DNA of 64,000 nt from Octopus sinensis (taxonomy: Eukaryota), in assembly GCF_006345805.1 (NCBI RefSeq), contig NC_043000.1:149110001-149174000 (forward strand), written 5' to 3'. This document shows positions 11,340 through 23,399 of the stretch, piece by piece (the first letter of the stretch is position 1; every line of letters begins with the position of its first letter). Below the pieces are notes generated by a model. That model did not search any database and was not told the origin of the DNA. It saw nothing but the letters and a program-made list of their open reading frames with translations. A program made the position numbers and the translations under genes.

Positions 11340-11933
11340 AGGTAAAGAAAAAATTACCAACGACAACGCTAATTGACATATTTGACACATTACTAATTAA
11401 CCGATTTTTTCCAGTAATAACGTATCCTATTGGAATCAAAAGGGCCATATAGCTCCTTGGAGCAGACATGATGCTCGCTGTGAATTTCAAAAAAAAAATT
11501 CCTGCCAATTTGTTAAAGATATTGTTGAAAATATGTCATCTTGAATTTGAATGCGATTTCCCAAAATGGCATGATTTTATCGATTTTTTCTGATGGTAAG
11601 GTATTGCATGGAAAACTAACGTCAGAATTAAGTTCCTTAGGGTAACATTAAGCTTCGCCATGAGTTTGGTGAAAATCGATTGCAAGTTGCGAAAACTACA
11701 ACGGAAAATGTGTTGCATATGATAAGCTTAGATTCTCGACCCCATGTCGAATTTATCGATTATTTTCAGAACTGGGGGAATTTTTCAAAATTTTTGCTGC
11801 GTTAGTTTTGAATTATGACATTGGGCTATGTGTGTGTCAAGTTTCATTAGAATCGGTTGAAAGCTGTGGTCATGGTGAGGGTACAACCTGACAGATACAC
11901 AGACAGACAAACTGCCTTTTATATATATAGAGA
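11340..11933 (-). mobile_element. Helitron-like element, second 5' type; left boundary uncertain
   Basis: Minus-strand 5' end TCTCTATATATATAAAAGGCAG...; ~200 bp match the 5' half of 12489-12863. No 3' CTAG hairpin was recognised. Confidence 0.55.
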
Positions 11934-12488
11934 CTAGATAGAGACTAGATGAGCAAGAGAAATAATATTCTTAAGAAATTTTTTACTTAAAATATTGCAG
12001 CTAAAGATAAAATTTGAATATTAAAAATTATTTGATTTTAATTTACTAAGTAACATTGTAATTAAAAGAAAAGGTACTATCATTTTGTTAAAATATTGAC
12101 ACACTATAATACTTAAAAAACGAGAGCCAGAAGTCGCAATATAGCTAATGTTTTATGCAAAGTAGAATAGTATATATGGTAGGCAAATTTATTTATGTGA
12201 AAAATAGTCATTGGCTCAAGACTAAAAATGTGAAGTCTTGGCAATATCTTAGGCAATAACTCAAGCAAATTTTACCGTGAATTTATTGTTATAGGTAGAT
12301 TTTACTGCGATATATAACTAATATTTGTATTATTCTATTTATTGTCCTAATTATGTACTACTATTATTTTTTATAACCTATTTTCAAATTTCTAATTATT
12401 AATTGATATTTAAAAATATGAATTTTTTTCAAATGCCGAAAATATTTTAATTGAGTTATTTTTAATTTTTAATAGAAGTAACAAGTAA

Positions 12489-12863
12489 TCTTCTCTCTAT
12501 ATATAAACGGCAGTTTGTCTGTGTGTGTTTCTGTGTGTCTGTTAGGTTGTACCGTCACCCTGACCATGGCTTTCAACCGATTCTGATGAAACTTAACACA
12601 CACATAGCCCAATGTCATAATTCAAAACTAACGCAGCGAAAGTTTTGAAAAGTTCCCCCAGTTCTGAAAAAAATCGATAAATTCGACATGGGGTCGAGAA
12701 TCAGAAACACAAACCACAGACTGTCTAGGGGACGCAACTCGACCTTTTTAACTAAAAAAAAAATTTACCATAATTTTTTTTCCATTTTTTGGCTATAACT
12801 CTCTAAAAATGCTTTATAGTTATTTCCCTTACAAACCCGAGCAACGCCGGGCGATACTGCTAG
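12489..12863 (+). mobile_element. Chimeric non-autonomous Helitron
   Basis: A|TC start. 5' half shared with 11727-11933; the last ~100 bp, hairpin and CTAG|T end are shared with 3658-4051. Confidence 0.85.
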
Positions 12864-13227
12864 TAACAAATAGAAGTAATAACTTGTAATAAAAATTTTA
12901 GTTTTAATAAAAGTTAGTATTTTGTATTTGTAAATATTTTTTTGAAATTTTATCCTTAGCTGCAAAATCTTAAGTAAAAATGTTCTTGTTCTGTACCTTA
13001 CCAGATGTAATAAGTTATCCTGACCTTTTCCAAGTGTAATAACTTGTCTTATAATTTTCCAGGTTTATAATCTTAAGAATATTATTTCTTTTTCATAATC
13101 ACTGACTAACATTGGGAGCAGAAACGGCTGTAAGAAATGTTGTCATGTTTTGTATTAAAAAATAATCAACCGATGTTGGTCATTTCTTTGTTTGTTGATC
13201 AAAAGTTTTCTCCATTTTCTGCTTATT

Positions 13228-13228
<1 letters not shown>

Positions 13229-13297
<69 letters not shown>

Positions 13298-13498
13298 AAC
13301 ATAATGCAATAATACTTACAGATACATATTACAAACACACACACACACACATATGCTCATGATATATGTTTACAGAGTAAATTTCCGCAGTTTTTGTAAA
13401 TTGTCAGTAAATTAACTACGAAATTGCTCGCTTCAGCGTGCTAGTATATTTAAAGAAAAGTTTACTCGGTGAAGGGTCAATGATGACAAGTCAATGAA

Positions 13499-13562
<64 letters not shown>
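13229..13562. repeat. (TA)n (13229-13294) and (GA)n (13499-13562) microsatellites
   Basis: Direct reading. Confidence 0.9.
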
Positions 13563-13564
<2 letters not shown>

Positions 13565-13644
13565 AAATGTCAACGAGATGTAGAATAGTTTATGGCATCA
13601 ACATTATAGATCCTTGGGCAAATCAATGTAGTGGGCCCTGTAGT

Positions 13645-13775
13645 CACTAGCGTAGCTAGAGTGTGTGCCGCCCGGGGCAGACCTTCCGTTTGTTGACCCC
13701 AGACCCCACAAAAACACATATTCCCTGCAGCAGACCCAAAAGTGCCGCCTGGGGCGGACCGCTCCTACGTTAGTG
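13645..13775. mobile_element. Small GC-rich MITE
   Basis: TIR CACTAGCGTAG / CTACGTTAGTG (1 mismatch) and an internal repeated GTGCCGCC(C/T)GGGGC. Target duplication not resolved. Confidence 0.5.
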
Positions 13776-14483
13776 CTTGTAGCCTTTATTTATTGATGGT
13801 AAGGAACAACATACATAGCTCGGAATCATTCCCCAAGAACTGTTGGGCCTCTGGGCAACTGCCCTGTGTGTCCATGATTTAAGAAGGCACTGATCATGGG
13901 ACAAGACGATGCGAAGTCTGGGAGAATATACTAAGAAAACATCAATTTATATGGAGGTCGATAAAATTAACAAAATCGATACGGAAAGGAGTCTCTTTTT
14001 GGTGGTAGAAGAACAATAAGAAGTAACAGGCATACTAAACAGAAGTGCAAAGTGGCCGAGTATTCCATAGACGCATGCATTTTCAACGTAAGTCTCACGT
14101 AGAACCAACGTGACGCAATATGAGAAAGCCGGACCCTTGAATTACCGTGTGCAATTCATACACAAGCTTTTACAGCTTCCGTTTTCACAAGCTGCCTCAC
14201 ATGTTTTGGGGTCAACCCGAGACTATGGTAAAAAAAAAAAAAACAAAAAAAAAAAAAACACTTGTCAAGGATGTCACACAATGGGATCGAACCTAGTACC
14301 TCATGGTTGCGCACCGAACTTCTTAAGCATTCAGCCATACACAGTGGCATAAATAAGTATGTGGAATGTGCGGACCGTGAAAGGTAGCCAAAACGCACGC
14401 TACGTCGTCACTGGCTCTGCACACTCACAAACACACGCGAACACGCATGTCATACACGATTATTATATACATATTTTAACGGA

Positions 14484-14503
14484 CCACACATACGTATATA
14501 CAT

Positions 14504-14534
<31 letters not shown>

Positions 14535-14900
14535 CATACATACACACACACACATATATATATATATACATCATACACACACACACACATATATACATAC
14601 ATATATATATACATACATACACACACACATATATAATATACACACATATATATACATACATACACACACACACATATATATATACGCACACATATATACA
14701 TACATACATACATACACATATATATATACATACATACACACACACATATATACACACACACATATATATACACTCACATATATATACACACACATATATA
14801 TACATACATACACACACACACACACACATATACATACATACATACATACATACATACATACATACATACATACACACATACATAGATACGCGTGTGTGTG
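14484..14900. repeat. Compound (CA)/(TA)/(CATA) low-complexity tract
   Basis: Direct reading. Confidence 0.95.
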
Positions 14901-15229
14901 CGGGCAGCGTGTGTGTGTATTGTACACATTTGTATCTCTTATAGAAAACATCTATGATTCGAGTGTGATGTGGGTGTGCTGTAAGACCGCGTGTGGAACT
15001 GTGAAAGAAAAATAGAAAAGAAGGGGGAGTAGGAACATTTAAGTGCACCTCAAATGGTTGTATGTCACAAGCACGCACGCGCGCACACACACACACAGAC
15101 ACGCACTCACAGAGACATTGTTTATATGTCATTTCAATTATGTATGTGTTTGTATGTATACATTATATGTATATATATGTATGTGTATATATATATATAT
15201 ACACATATATATATTGCTGAATAACTTTG

Positions 15230-16330
15230 TGAAATAGACACGTGACTTCTAGTAAATCTTGTTCTAAATGTTAACTTGTCGAACGAGGGGGGACTAGATA
15301 TTTGTACTCTGTCTTTATACACAAACTTAATACAATGCTCCTTTTTTTTTCAAAGTCTATTTTATTAAAAAAAAACCGTAACACTGAATTAGTTTCTCGA
15401 GAGAAGTTTTGAAATTTCTTCGCTTTAGATTTTTAAGCTTTCTGAACATCTTTTTTCCAGTGTGTGACCTTATGTATAAAATGCAGCCCTGAAATGAATG
15501 AAACGGCTCTGATAGATATGAAAGATTAAAGATAAGTGTATATGACTAAGTCATCACTTCCTGTGCTATTAAAGATTAACCCCTTTCTGTGTCCTTTAAC
15601 AAATATGATTTTTATCCAGCTTATTAATATTAGCGAGGTTCTGATTAATCAATAAGTTAGGCATTGGGTTGTTGTTTTTTTGTTGTTTTCTTTTTACATA
15701 TCTTGATCAATAAATAAGTGAAAACTTTTAGGCATGTTTCTTTATATCCCACCCTCATGGAATCTGAGGGCCAGCTGATAACTAATGTGTAGATACATTT
15801 CGCTAATTCAGCCAATCACAATAAGGCAAGTCGCTGCTCTCGTTTCCTGTCTTATTCAATAATCGTTTCGAAAAGTTGAGGAAAAAAATTCACAAAAACT
15901 ATTTTCTCGAAAATGATCATCATAAAAAAATTGCATGGATACAGCTAATGTTGTCTAAAAAGCTGTTAACAGGTAAGGGGTAGCGACATTTGCATGCTTT
16001 ATTCATATATTTCATTTCTTTCGACCACATTTTTGCATTTTGAAGTTCCCATTCATCTCCAGAGATATCTCTGTTGAGTCAGTGGTTTTTTTTTTTTTAT
16101 TATTCTCTTCTCGTCCGAAAACTTTTAGTAAGTGTCAATTTACGATGACCACAGGTCACTCCGGTGAAACATAGGTTATTGTTGTCAATAAATAGCTATT
16201 GCGTTCGCGTTGAATTTGTTATCTAATACATGTGACAAGCGTGCAGTTTTTCACTCAAGATAGCCAGGACAAAGCAAACTTTTTAAACTTTTAATATATG
16301 TGTATATTTTTTTGGTTAGATTTCTAATGG
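15230..16330 (+). promoter_or_regulatory. Candidate promoter / non-coding first exon region, possibly of the CDK4/6 gene
   Basis: Unique, TE-poor and visibly richer in CpG than DNA beyond ~18.5 kb. Contains E-box CACGTG (15239), CACTTCCTGT, AGCCAATCA (15810) and a donor-like CAG|GTAAGG (15973). No transcript evidence. Confidence 0.3.
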
Positions 16331-19111
16331 TCTTCAATTTTTTTTTCGAGTGAGAAATTCTGTTATTTCTTAAAATAAAAATATATAATTATGTGAAACT
16401 TATTGTGAAATCGTTACTTTGAAAGTACTTTTATTTTGTAGCATGTGGTAGAAAACCGTGAACTCAATTACATTGAAGGAAGGGAGGGCATTGTAAAATA
16501 AATAGACTCTTGTCATTTCGTCTATCTCCAATTTGCTACTATTTCTGTTTTTATTTTATACATGATAGTGGATGACTAATATTTTTAATTTTTATTTTCT
16601 AGGTTTATATAGAACTTCTTCTTCTTTCAAAAAACTCGCCCATATTTAAAAAAAAAATCCTTCTGCGATTGTTTTTTCACGAAATTTGACTACCGAAAAG
16701 TTGCTAGGTTTCTTATGATCATCTTTTAAAATAGAATTTATAAGAACACATTTTGATTTTTATTTCATATTAGATGCGATTTAACAAAACAATATGCAAT
16801 TTCAGTATTATATCGTTGAGTATTAGAAATAGCAACAATAATAATAGCTAATCGCCTAGTTCTCACTATTGTCGTGGTTATTCTCCTCCCTTCTCTTTAT
16901 ATGCTAAACATGGGTGGCCTGTCTGATAGGTCACTAGTTGTTCTAAATTCATTAACTATTAAACTATAACAGGACATCTTTGAAGTTCTCATCCTCTTTT
17001 TGCTTTTTCTATTCATCGAAACGATTCATTGATTATGTATATTCATTGAATCAACTTTATTTTCAAGTAGCAACATCTCATCGTTATCTGACACCCTTTA
17101 ATGGATCTTAATTGATTTTGACTTCATTGAATACATTTTTTTGTTTTTTATTTTTTAAATGACTTTTTTTGGACATTGTAATTTAAGATTCCACATACCT
17201 AAGAATTAGTTATGATTGGAAACAATCATAGTTGAAACAAAACAACGCAAGTGAAAAAAATCCGTTTTTTTTTTTTTTACAGATGAACGATTTCTTTAAA
17301 AAGTAGTAAAATAATCTTTGTGACCTCAGTAAAGTGACAAATGTTTGATATTCATTTTGATCATTGTGCATAGCTTTTCATGCATGAAAAGAAAAAAAAA
17401 TCATGAAAACCACAACTTCACATTTCCCCACTTCTTATTTTAAGATCGGGTTCATGCATAAAATTAGACAGTTATTAATAAGCAGGCACCGAAGTGTACA
17501 AGTTCGCGACCTGGTTTCGCGTCTTGATTGGAATAATCTATCGTTTCTTAAATCTCTACAATTTCGCTTTTTGGTTTTTCTTTCCGTAGAGTGAAGCGAG
17601 GCCTTGTGTTTTGTAAAGATGTTACTGGATGTGTAAATGTGGTGGTATTGTGAATGGGTCCACTTGTAAGTTTCGCTAAAAGATCCATTCAGCGAAAAAA
17701 TATTGACTTACATTAAAGACATTCGATGAAGGCATCAATCGCTTATTTTCTACTTTTCATAACTCTGAGGAATCATAAACATAACAGTATTCTTGACAAG
17801 AGGACCTACCTAGATCTCGTAGCCTTTCAAAATACGACATAACTACAATTTATTACTATAACCGCTACATTTGTTTCCTCATAACTTTTTGAAAAATACA
17901 TACTTTTAGATGAAATTTTGCTGAGGTATGTTTTCGAGGGTGGAGATTACGATTATCCTGATAATGTTGAAAACTAATTTTTTTTGGAGGAGTTTCGGAT
18001 CATCCTCTCTATTTCTTTGTTTCCTCATAACTTTTTTTAAAAGGCATATTGTTGATGACATTTTACAGAGATTCTTTTTTTTTTAAGTGTGTAGATTGCG
18101 TAATGTTGACGTTTCAAACATTACTAATGTGAAAAAGTGATAATGCTAAAGTTTAGGAAATTGGTAGCAACAGTCGATGGAAGGACGAAATAATGATGAA
18201 GAATTTCTCAATTTTTTTTCTTTTTAATTTTATCAACATATTTAGAATCTACATCCTTGAAAATATTCATCTGCAAAATTTCATTAAAACATGCATTTTT
18301 CATAAAATGACGAGGAAACAAAGTCTGGGATTTGAAGTTATCTTCAAATGTCTTCAGACTTTCTACATAAGGAAATACGTGGTATGTTTCCATGAATTGT
18401 GGCTGAATGAAATCTGTTAGATTTCAAATCTCAGTTATTGTACTTCTTAATAAATATTATTAGGGGTTGAAATCTCATCGAGGTCAGCATTTCCTTTCAT
18501 CCTTCCTAGGTCGATGAATAAAGTCAAGTACTGAGTTGGTGTAATTGGCTACTCCCTCCGTACTGATTGATTATCGTGTTGCACCATAGTTAGGGGTCAT
18601 TTGAAAGCATAACCGCTATGACCCAATGGTAAAAAGGTTTGAACCCAGATAATGACAAATCAACTTTACAAATTTTAGATACAAAAAAACGTACCCAGCA
18701 CACTCTGTAATGTAGTTGGCTGTAGGGTGGGTATCCAATTGTAGAAACCTAACCAAAGAACACAAAGGTGCGGTAGTTCACGAGGATTGGCTCCCTATAA
18801 GAACTGACTCTGTGAATCTGTGATGATTCATCTTACCCATGTCATCATGGAAAGTATGTAAAAAGTGATGAGAATGGTGGTACAACTTGTGTCCAATTAT
18901 TGAGCCAGAAATATGTGAAGGATTACTAGATTCCTTGCTGAAATCATAAAATTTATTCTCTGCTGCAAGTTATGTGTTTGTATAAGGAATTTAAATCTTC
19001 CTGTCTTTATGAAAGAGTTCCTGATTTTAAAAAATCAGTTGTTTGTGAGAGTGCAGTTCGTCTGCAATCAGTAAGCTGTTGATTAACTTGGCTGAGAAAT
19101 ATAAGCATTGC

Positions 19112-19602
19112 TGTACATTATTTACATTTGACGGATATTCGTCTTCATCTTGTTTGTTGTTAACACGTTTTGGCTGATGTAGTCTCCATCTTTCATCAGG
19201 TGTCCTGGGGGAATTTCGAACCTGGGTTCTCATTTCTAAGGTATTTTTCTGATATTGTTATTATTATCATTATTCAGGTCACTGCCTGGAATCAAACTCA
19301 GAATCTTGGGGTTAAGAGTGCAGGCTACTAACCCCAAGATTCCGAGTGCGATTCCACGCAGTGACCTGAATAATAGTAATAATAATAATATAATAATAAT
19401 AATGATGATAATAAAAATATTAATAATAATAATAATAATAACAGCAGCAGCAACAACATTGGAAAAATACCTTAGGAATGAGAACCCAGGTTCGAAAATC
19501 CTCCTGGACACCTGATGAAGGCTGGAGAGTACATTAGCCAAAACGTTATGTTAGCAACAAACAAGATGAGGACAAATATCTGTCAAATGTAAATAATGTA
19601 CA
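19112..19602. mobile_element. ~490 bp palindrome made of two divergent copies of a tRNA-headed, (AAT)n-containing element with a hammerhead-like tail
   Basis: 19112-19252 is the reverse complement of ~19458-19602, and 19270-19315 of 19329-19374. CTGATGA-A-GGCT...AGCC-AAAA-CGT occurs at 19512-19546 (+) and a mirrored version at ~19165-19199 (-). Confidence 0.75.
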
Positions 19603-20744
19603 TAATTCCTCATCTCTCGAATATAGAACTGTACAAACATTGCTGGTCTAAACTGCTTAACTATATAAAGGTGGTGGGCTTAGAAGTGAAGTAACCAAAT
19701 TGTTACGATATTGGACAATCAGATCATAGGTCAGGAGTGTGTATCCACAATTTATATGACAGAACATTTAATAATTTTCTAGCTTTGTGATTAAAAAGTT
19801 TAGTTTGAAACCATGTTGTTTCAAGTTTCTCCCAGCTGCATTGGTACCATAGGCAAATGTCTTCTACAGTAGCCTGGAGTTGACTGATGCATTATCATCA
19901 TCATCATCATCATCAATCATTTAAGGTGTGGCTTCTTTGCTACCATGGGTTGGATGATTTGATAGATCTTGATAAGTTAAAGAACAGTGTCATGCTCCTG
20001 TGTCGACTTTGGTGTGGTTTCTGTTCCTAGATGCCTTCTCTAATTCCAGCCATGTTACAGGGACTTGGTGCCAGCACTGGTGATGATTGCCTCATAACTT
20101 GCAAGGTTAAGGGTCTAAGGTGGCTCTTATAACTAAAGGAAAATAGAAGAAAGAGTTGGAGTGTTCCTTGCCATACTTGTGAAGAATGGGGGATGGTAAA
20201 TTAGGGAAGATTGAAGAGTATGGTGGGGGATAAAGGTGACAGAAGTTATTGGGGAAAAAAAGGTGGGATAGAGTTGAAAGGTGAGAAGGTGATTTGTATA
20301 AGGGAGGGGATCAAGGGCTATCCAGCATTATAAGAGGCAAGTGTGGACAGAAGGAGTGAGGGCAAACAGGATAAAAAGAATGCAATAGACTAGGGTGGAG
20401 TGTGATCCCGAGAGAGTTATTGAAGGAAAGTGAGGTGTGGGAGTTTGTGGGAGGCAGTTTGAAGGTAGAAAAAAGGGGAGAGATGTTAATGAGGCAGAAA
20501 AGCTGTGGGGTGGAGGGCAATGAGAGAAGGAGAAGGTGAGGGGAAAGAAAGACTCTGGCTGGTATTATAGAGGTAATAGATAGAAGAGGAGAGTGAATGC
20601 TGCAAAAGCATCCCAAATAGGAAGGCAGTGGAAAAGATGGAGAGGGGTAAGGAGAAAACAGTGGGTTCAGTGAGGGGGAAAAAAGGCTAGAGGGCATCAC
20701 AGAGGTGATGGATTGGTCAAGTGTAGTGTGTGTGTATGTGTATA

Positions 20745-21159
20745 TACTCTTTACTCTTTTACTTGTTTCAGTCATTAGACTGCGGCTATGCTGGAGCACC
20801 GCCTTTAATCGAGCAACTCGATCCTGGGACTTATTGTTTTGTAAGCCCAGTACTTATTCTATCGGTCTCTTTTGCCGAACCGCTAAGTAACGGGGACATA
20901 AACACACCAGCATCGGTTGTCAAGCAATGCTAGGGGGACAAACACAGACACACAAACACACACATGCATATACATATATATATATATACATATATACGAC
21001 GGGCTTTTTCAGTTTCCGTCTACTAAATCCACTCACAAGGCTTTGGTCGGCCCGAGGCTATAGTAGAAGACACTTGCCCAAGGTGCCACGCAGTGGGACT
21101 GAACCCGGAACCATGTGGTTGGTAAACAAGCTACTTACCACACAGCCACTCCTGCGCCT
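20745..21159 (-). mobile_element. SINE family A (tRNA head, CORE-like central motif, internal microsatellite), full length
   Basis: Head GGCGCAGGAGTGGCTGTGTGGTAAG...GGTTCAGTCCC, central GCACCTTGGGCAAGTGTCTT resembling the CORE domain, tail ...GAAACAAGTAAAAGAGTAAAGAG. Many near-identical copies in the window. Confidence 0.9.
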
Positions 21160-21661
21160 ATATTATATATATATATATATAATATTTTTGGATGGTCATT
21201 TTTTTTGCCAAATAAACACACACACACACTATATATTTGTTCTTCATTCATTACTGTTCTTATTTTTATGTCCATTGTCTGAAAATCTTTCGTCACACAT
21301 CTGTGACCTCTTCAGTGACCCTTTCTGTCCGTGTGTGTCCTCCTGCTCCACCTAATCCCATTTTGTCCTTCTATAATGTATTTCCTTATCTGCGCATGCA
21401 GCTGTGTCTGTAACTGTGTGTGTGTGTGCATGTATGTAACTATGTATGTGTGTGCATATGCATGCATACACGTGTCTATGTGTTTCGCATGTGTGCTTAT
21501 TTGCGTGTATATGGGCTTGCCCACTACATTGTTTATATCTATGCCCTTTATATTGTTGTTCTTAGTGGTACTTTGACCCTCCCCTCACCTATATTTTCTC
21601 CTTTGCCGCTGCTGCTGCTGCTCTTGACCCTTACTTTTGATATTGTTCTTGTGTCTGTATA

Positions 21662-21875
21662 TACTCTTTACTCTTTTACTTGTTTCAGTCATTTGACTGC
21701 GGCCATGCTGGAGCACCGCCTTTTAGTCGAGCAAATCGACCCCTGGGACTTATTCTTTTTGTAAGCCCAGTACTTATTCTATCGGTCTCTTTTGCCGAAC
21801 CGCTAAGTGACGGGGACGTAAACACACCAGCATCGGTTGTCAAGCAATGCTAGAGGGACAAACACAGACACACAA

Positions 21876-21924
<49 letters not shown>

Positions 21925-22096
21925 CATATATACGACGGGCTTCTTTCAGTTTCCGTCTACCGAATCCACTCACAAGGCTTTGGTCGGCCTGAGGCTATAG
22001 CAGAAGACACCTGCCCAAGATGCCATGCAGTGGAACTGAACCCGGAACCATGTGGTTGGTTAGCAAGCTACTTACCACACAGCCACTCCTATGCCT
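21662..22096 (-). mobile_element. SINE family A, full length, directly abutting a family C head (22097-22195)
   Basis: Matches other family A copies along its full length. Confidence 0.9.
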
Positions 22097-22199
22097 AAAG
22101 TCGACCTCAGTGGAATTTGAACTCGGAACGTAACGGCAGACGAAATACCGTTAAGCATTACGCCCGGCACGCTAACGTTTCTGCTAGCTCGCCTTATAT

Positions 22200-22720
22200 A
22201 TATATTGTATTTTCTTCATCAATACCCTTTGCTATAGCACTGCATATTGCCAGTTTGTACAATTCTTTGTCATTTCCTCAATGAGATTGAGATGTAGCAT
22301 CTTCAGATCAGTCTTGAATCTTCCTTTGTTTCCTTCTTCCACCAGTTCCACAAACTTGGAATGCTAGGCACTTTCGTAGCAGCAGTCATCCCCCAAGTGT
22401 GTTACATGTCTGTGCCACTGCAGTCTCCTCTCTTGTACATTACATGTTTCTGCTTATACCAAGTTCTTCTCATAACTTGTGTACTCTGACATTCGTGCTG
22501 CACACGTCTTTGCTACCATGCAGCATCAAAGGTCTAACACAAACGTCATTCAATTTGCTCTTTATTCTGAGGGAAAATACTTTTGTTGCCAACAACAGCT
22601 GTAGCTCCTGAACTCTTTCCAACCCATTCTTATGCTGCTATACTTCAACAGCATTCCCTGCTAATTATGTATCCTAGGTTACAGAAGCTATTGACAACTT
22701 CTAGTGAGCTATCTGGGCAT
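22200..22720 (-). mobile_element. Decayed RTE RT C-terminal remnant
   Basis: Minus strand reads LEVVNSFCNLG...; parallels 62575-63000. Confidence 0.55.
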
Positions 22721-22724
22721 TTAA

Positions 22725-22944
22725 CCCTTTTGTTACCATATTTCTGCTGAGATGCTCTGTGTTTCTTTCAATTACTTTAAATATAACAAAGAATTTAGTA
22801 AAATAACTTAGTTATCATTAAGCTAGTGTTAGGAACATAAATTGTGACTAAGGTTTGGTGGAAGATTTTAATTCAAAACTTATGAAAACAAGACATTTGT
22901 ACTCAGAGCCCGAGCCGGTTTCAGCCGGGTTGGTAATGAAAGGG
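22725..22944. mobile_element. TTAA-flanked MITE (piggyBac-type ends)
   Basis: TTAA|CCCTTTTGTTACC ... GGTAATGAAAGGG|TTAA. Confidence 0.8.
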
Positions 22945-23399
22945 TTAAGAGAATTTATTTCTGGTGTGCTTGTATTATGTATTGCTTTTTTCTTTTCTTT
23001 TATTCTTCTACTTGTTTCAGTCATTTGACTGTGGCCATGCTGGAGCACCGCCTCACGTTTGAAGTTGACTTTCTCTGTTGGTCTGTCATTGAGTACATTG
23101 TATAGAGTTATATGTATCTGTGCATACATTGAGTACAGTGTTTGGAGTTATGTGTGTGTGTGCATGTGTTTGTATCTTCCCATTTGTGCCTTGACATAGT
23201 TTACATCTGCAAAAAAATACCTGGATGTTGTGTGGATTGGTGTTTGAAAGACCAAGAGGTATAAATAAATACCTGACTCGTAAATAAGAGCTGGCAACAG
23301 GAACAGTATTTGGCCATAGAAAAAACTGTTTCTATAAGATTCATCTGACCTGTGATAGAATACAGAAAGTGGTTGTTAAAATGATGGTAATTATGTGGC

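Noticed and set aside
12575-12600. CTGATGA matches at ~12582, ~24921, ~28682 (minus), ~48286 and ~48939
   Set aside because: None has both a stem II and a correctly placed GAAA; the 7-mer alone is expected by chance.
17755-18080. Degenerate direct repeats TTTGTTTCCTCATAACTTTT at ~17871 and ~18017
   Set aside because: Probably subterminal repeats of an old DNA transposon, but no ends or target duplication could be defined.
20927-21355. Recurrent ORFs starting MLGGQTQTHKH, MTTDAGVF or MSSNARG
   Set aside because: They are translations of SINE family A in various frames, repeated with each copy.
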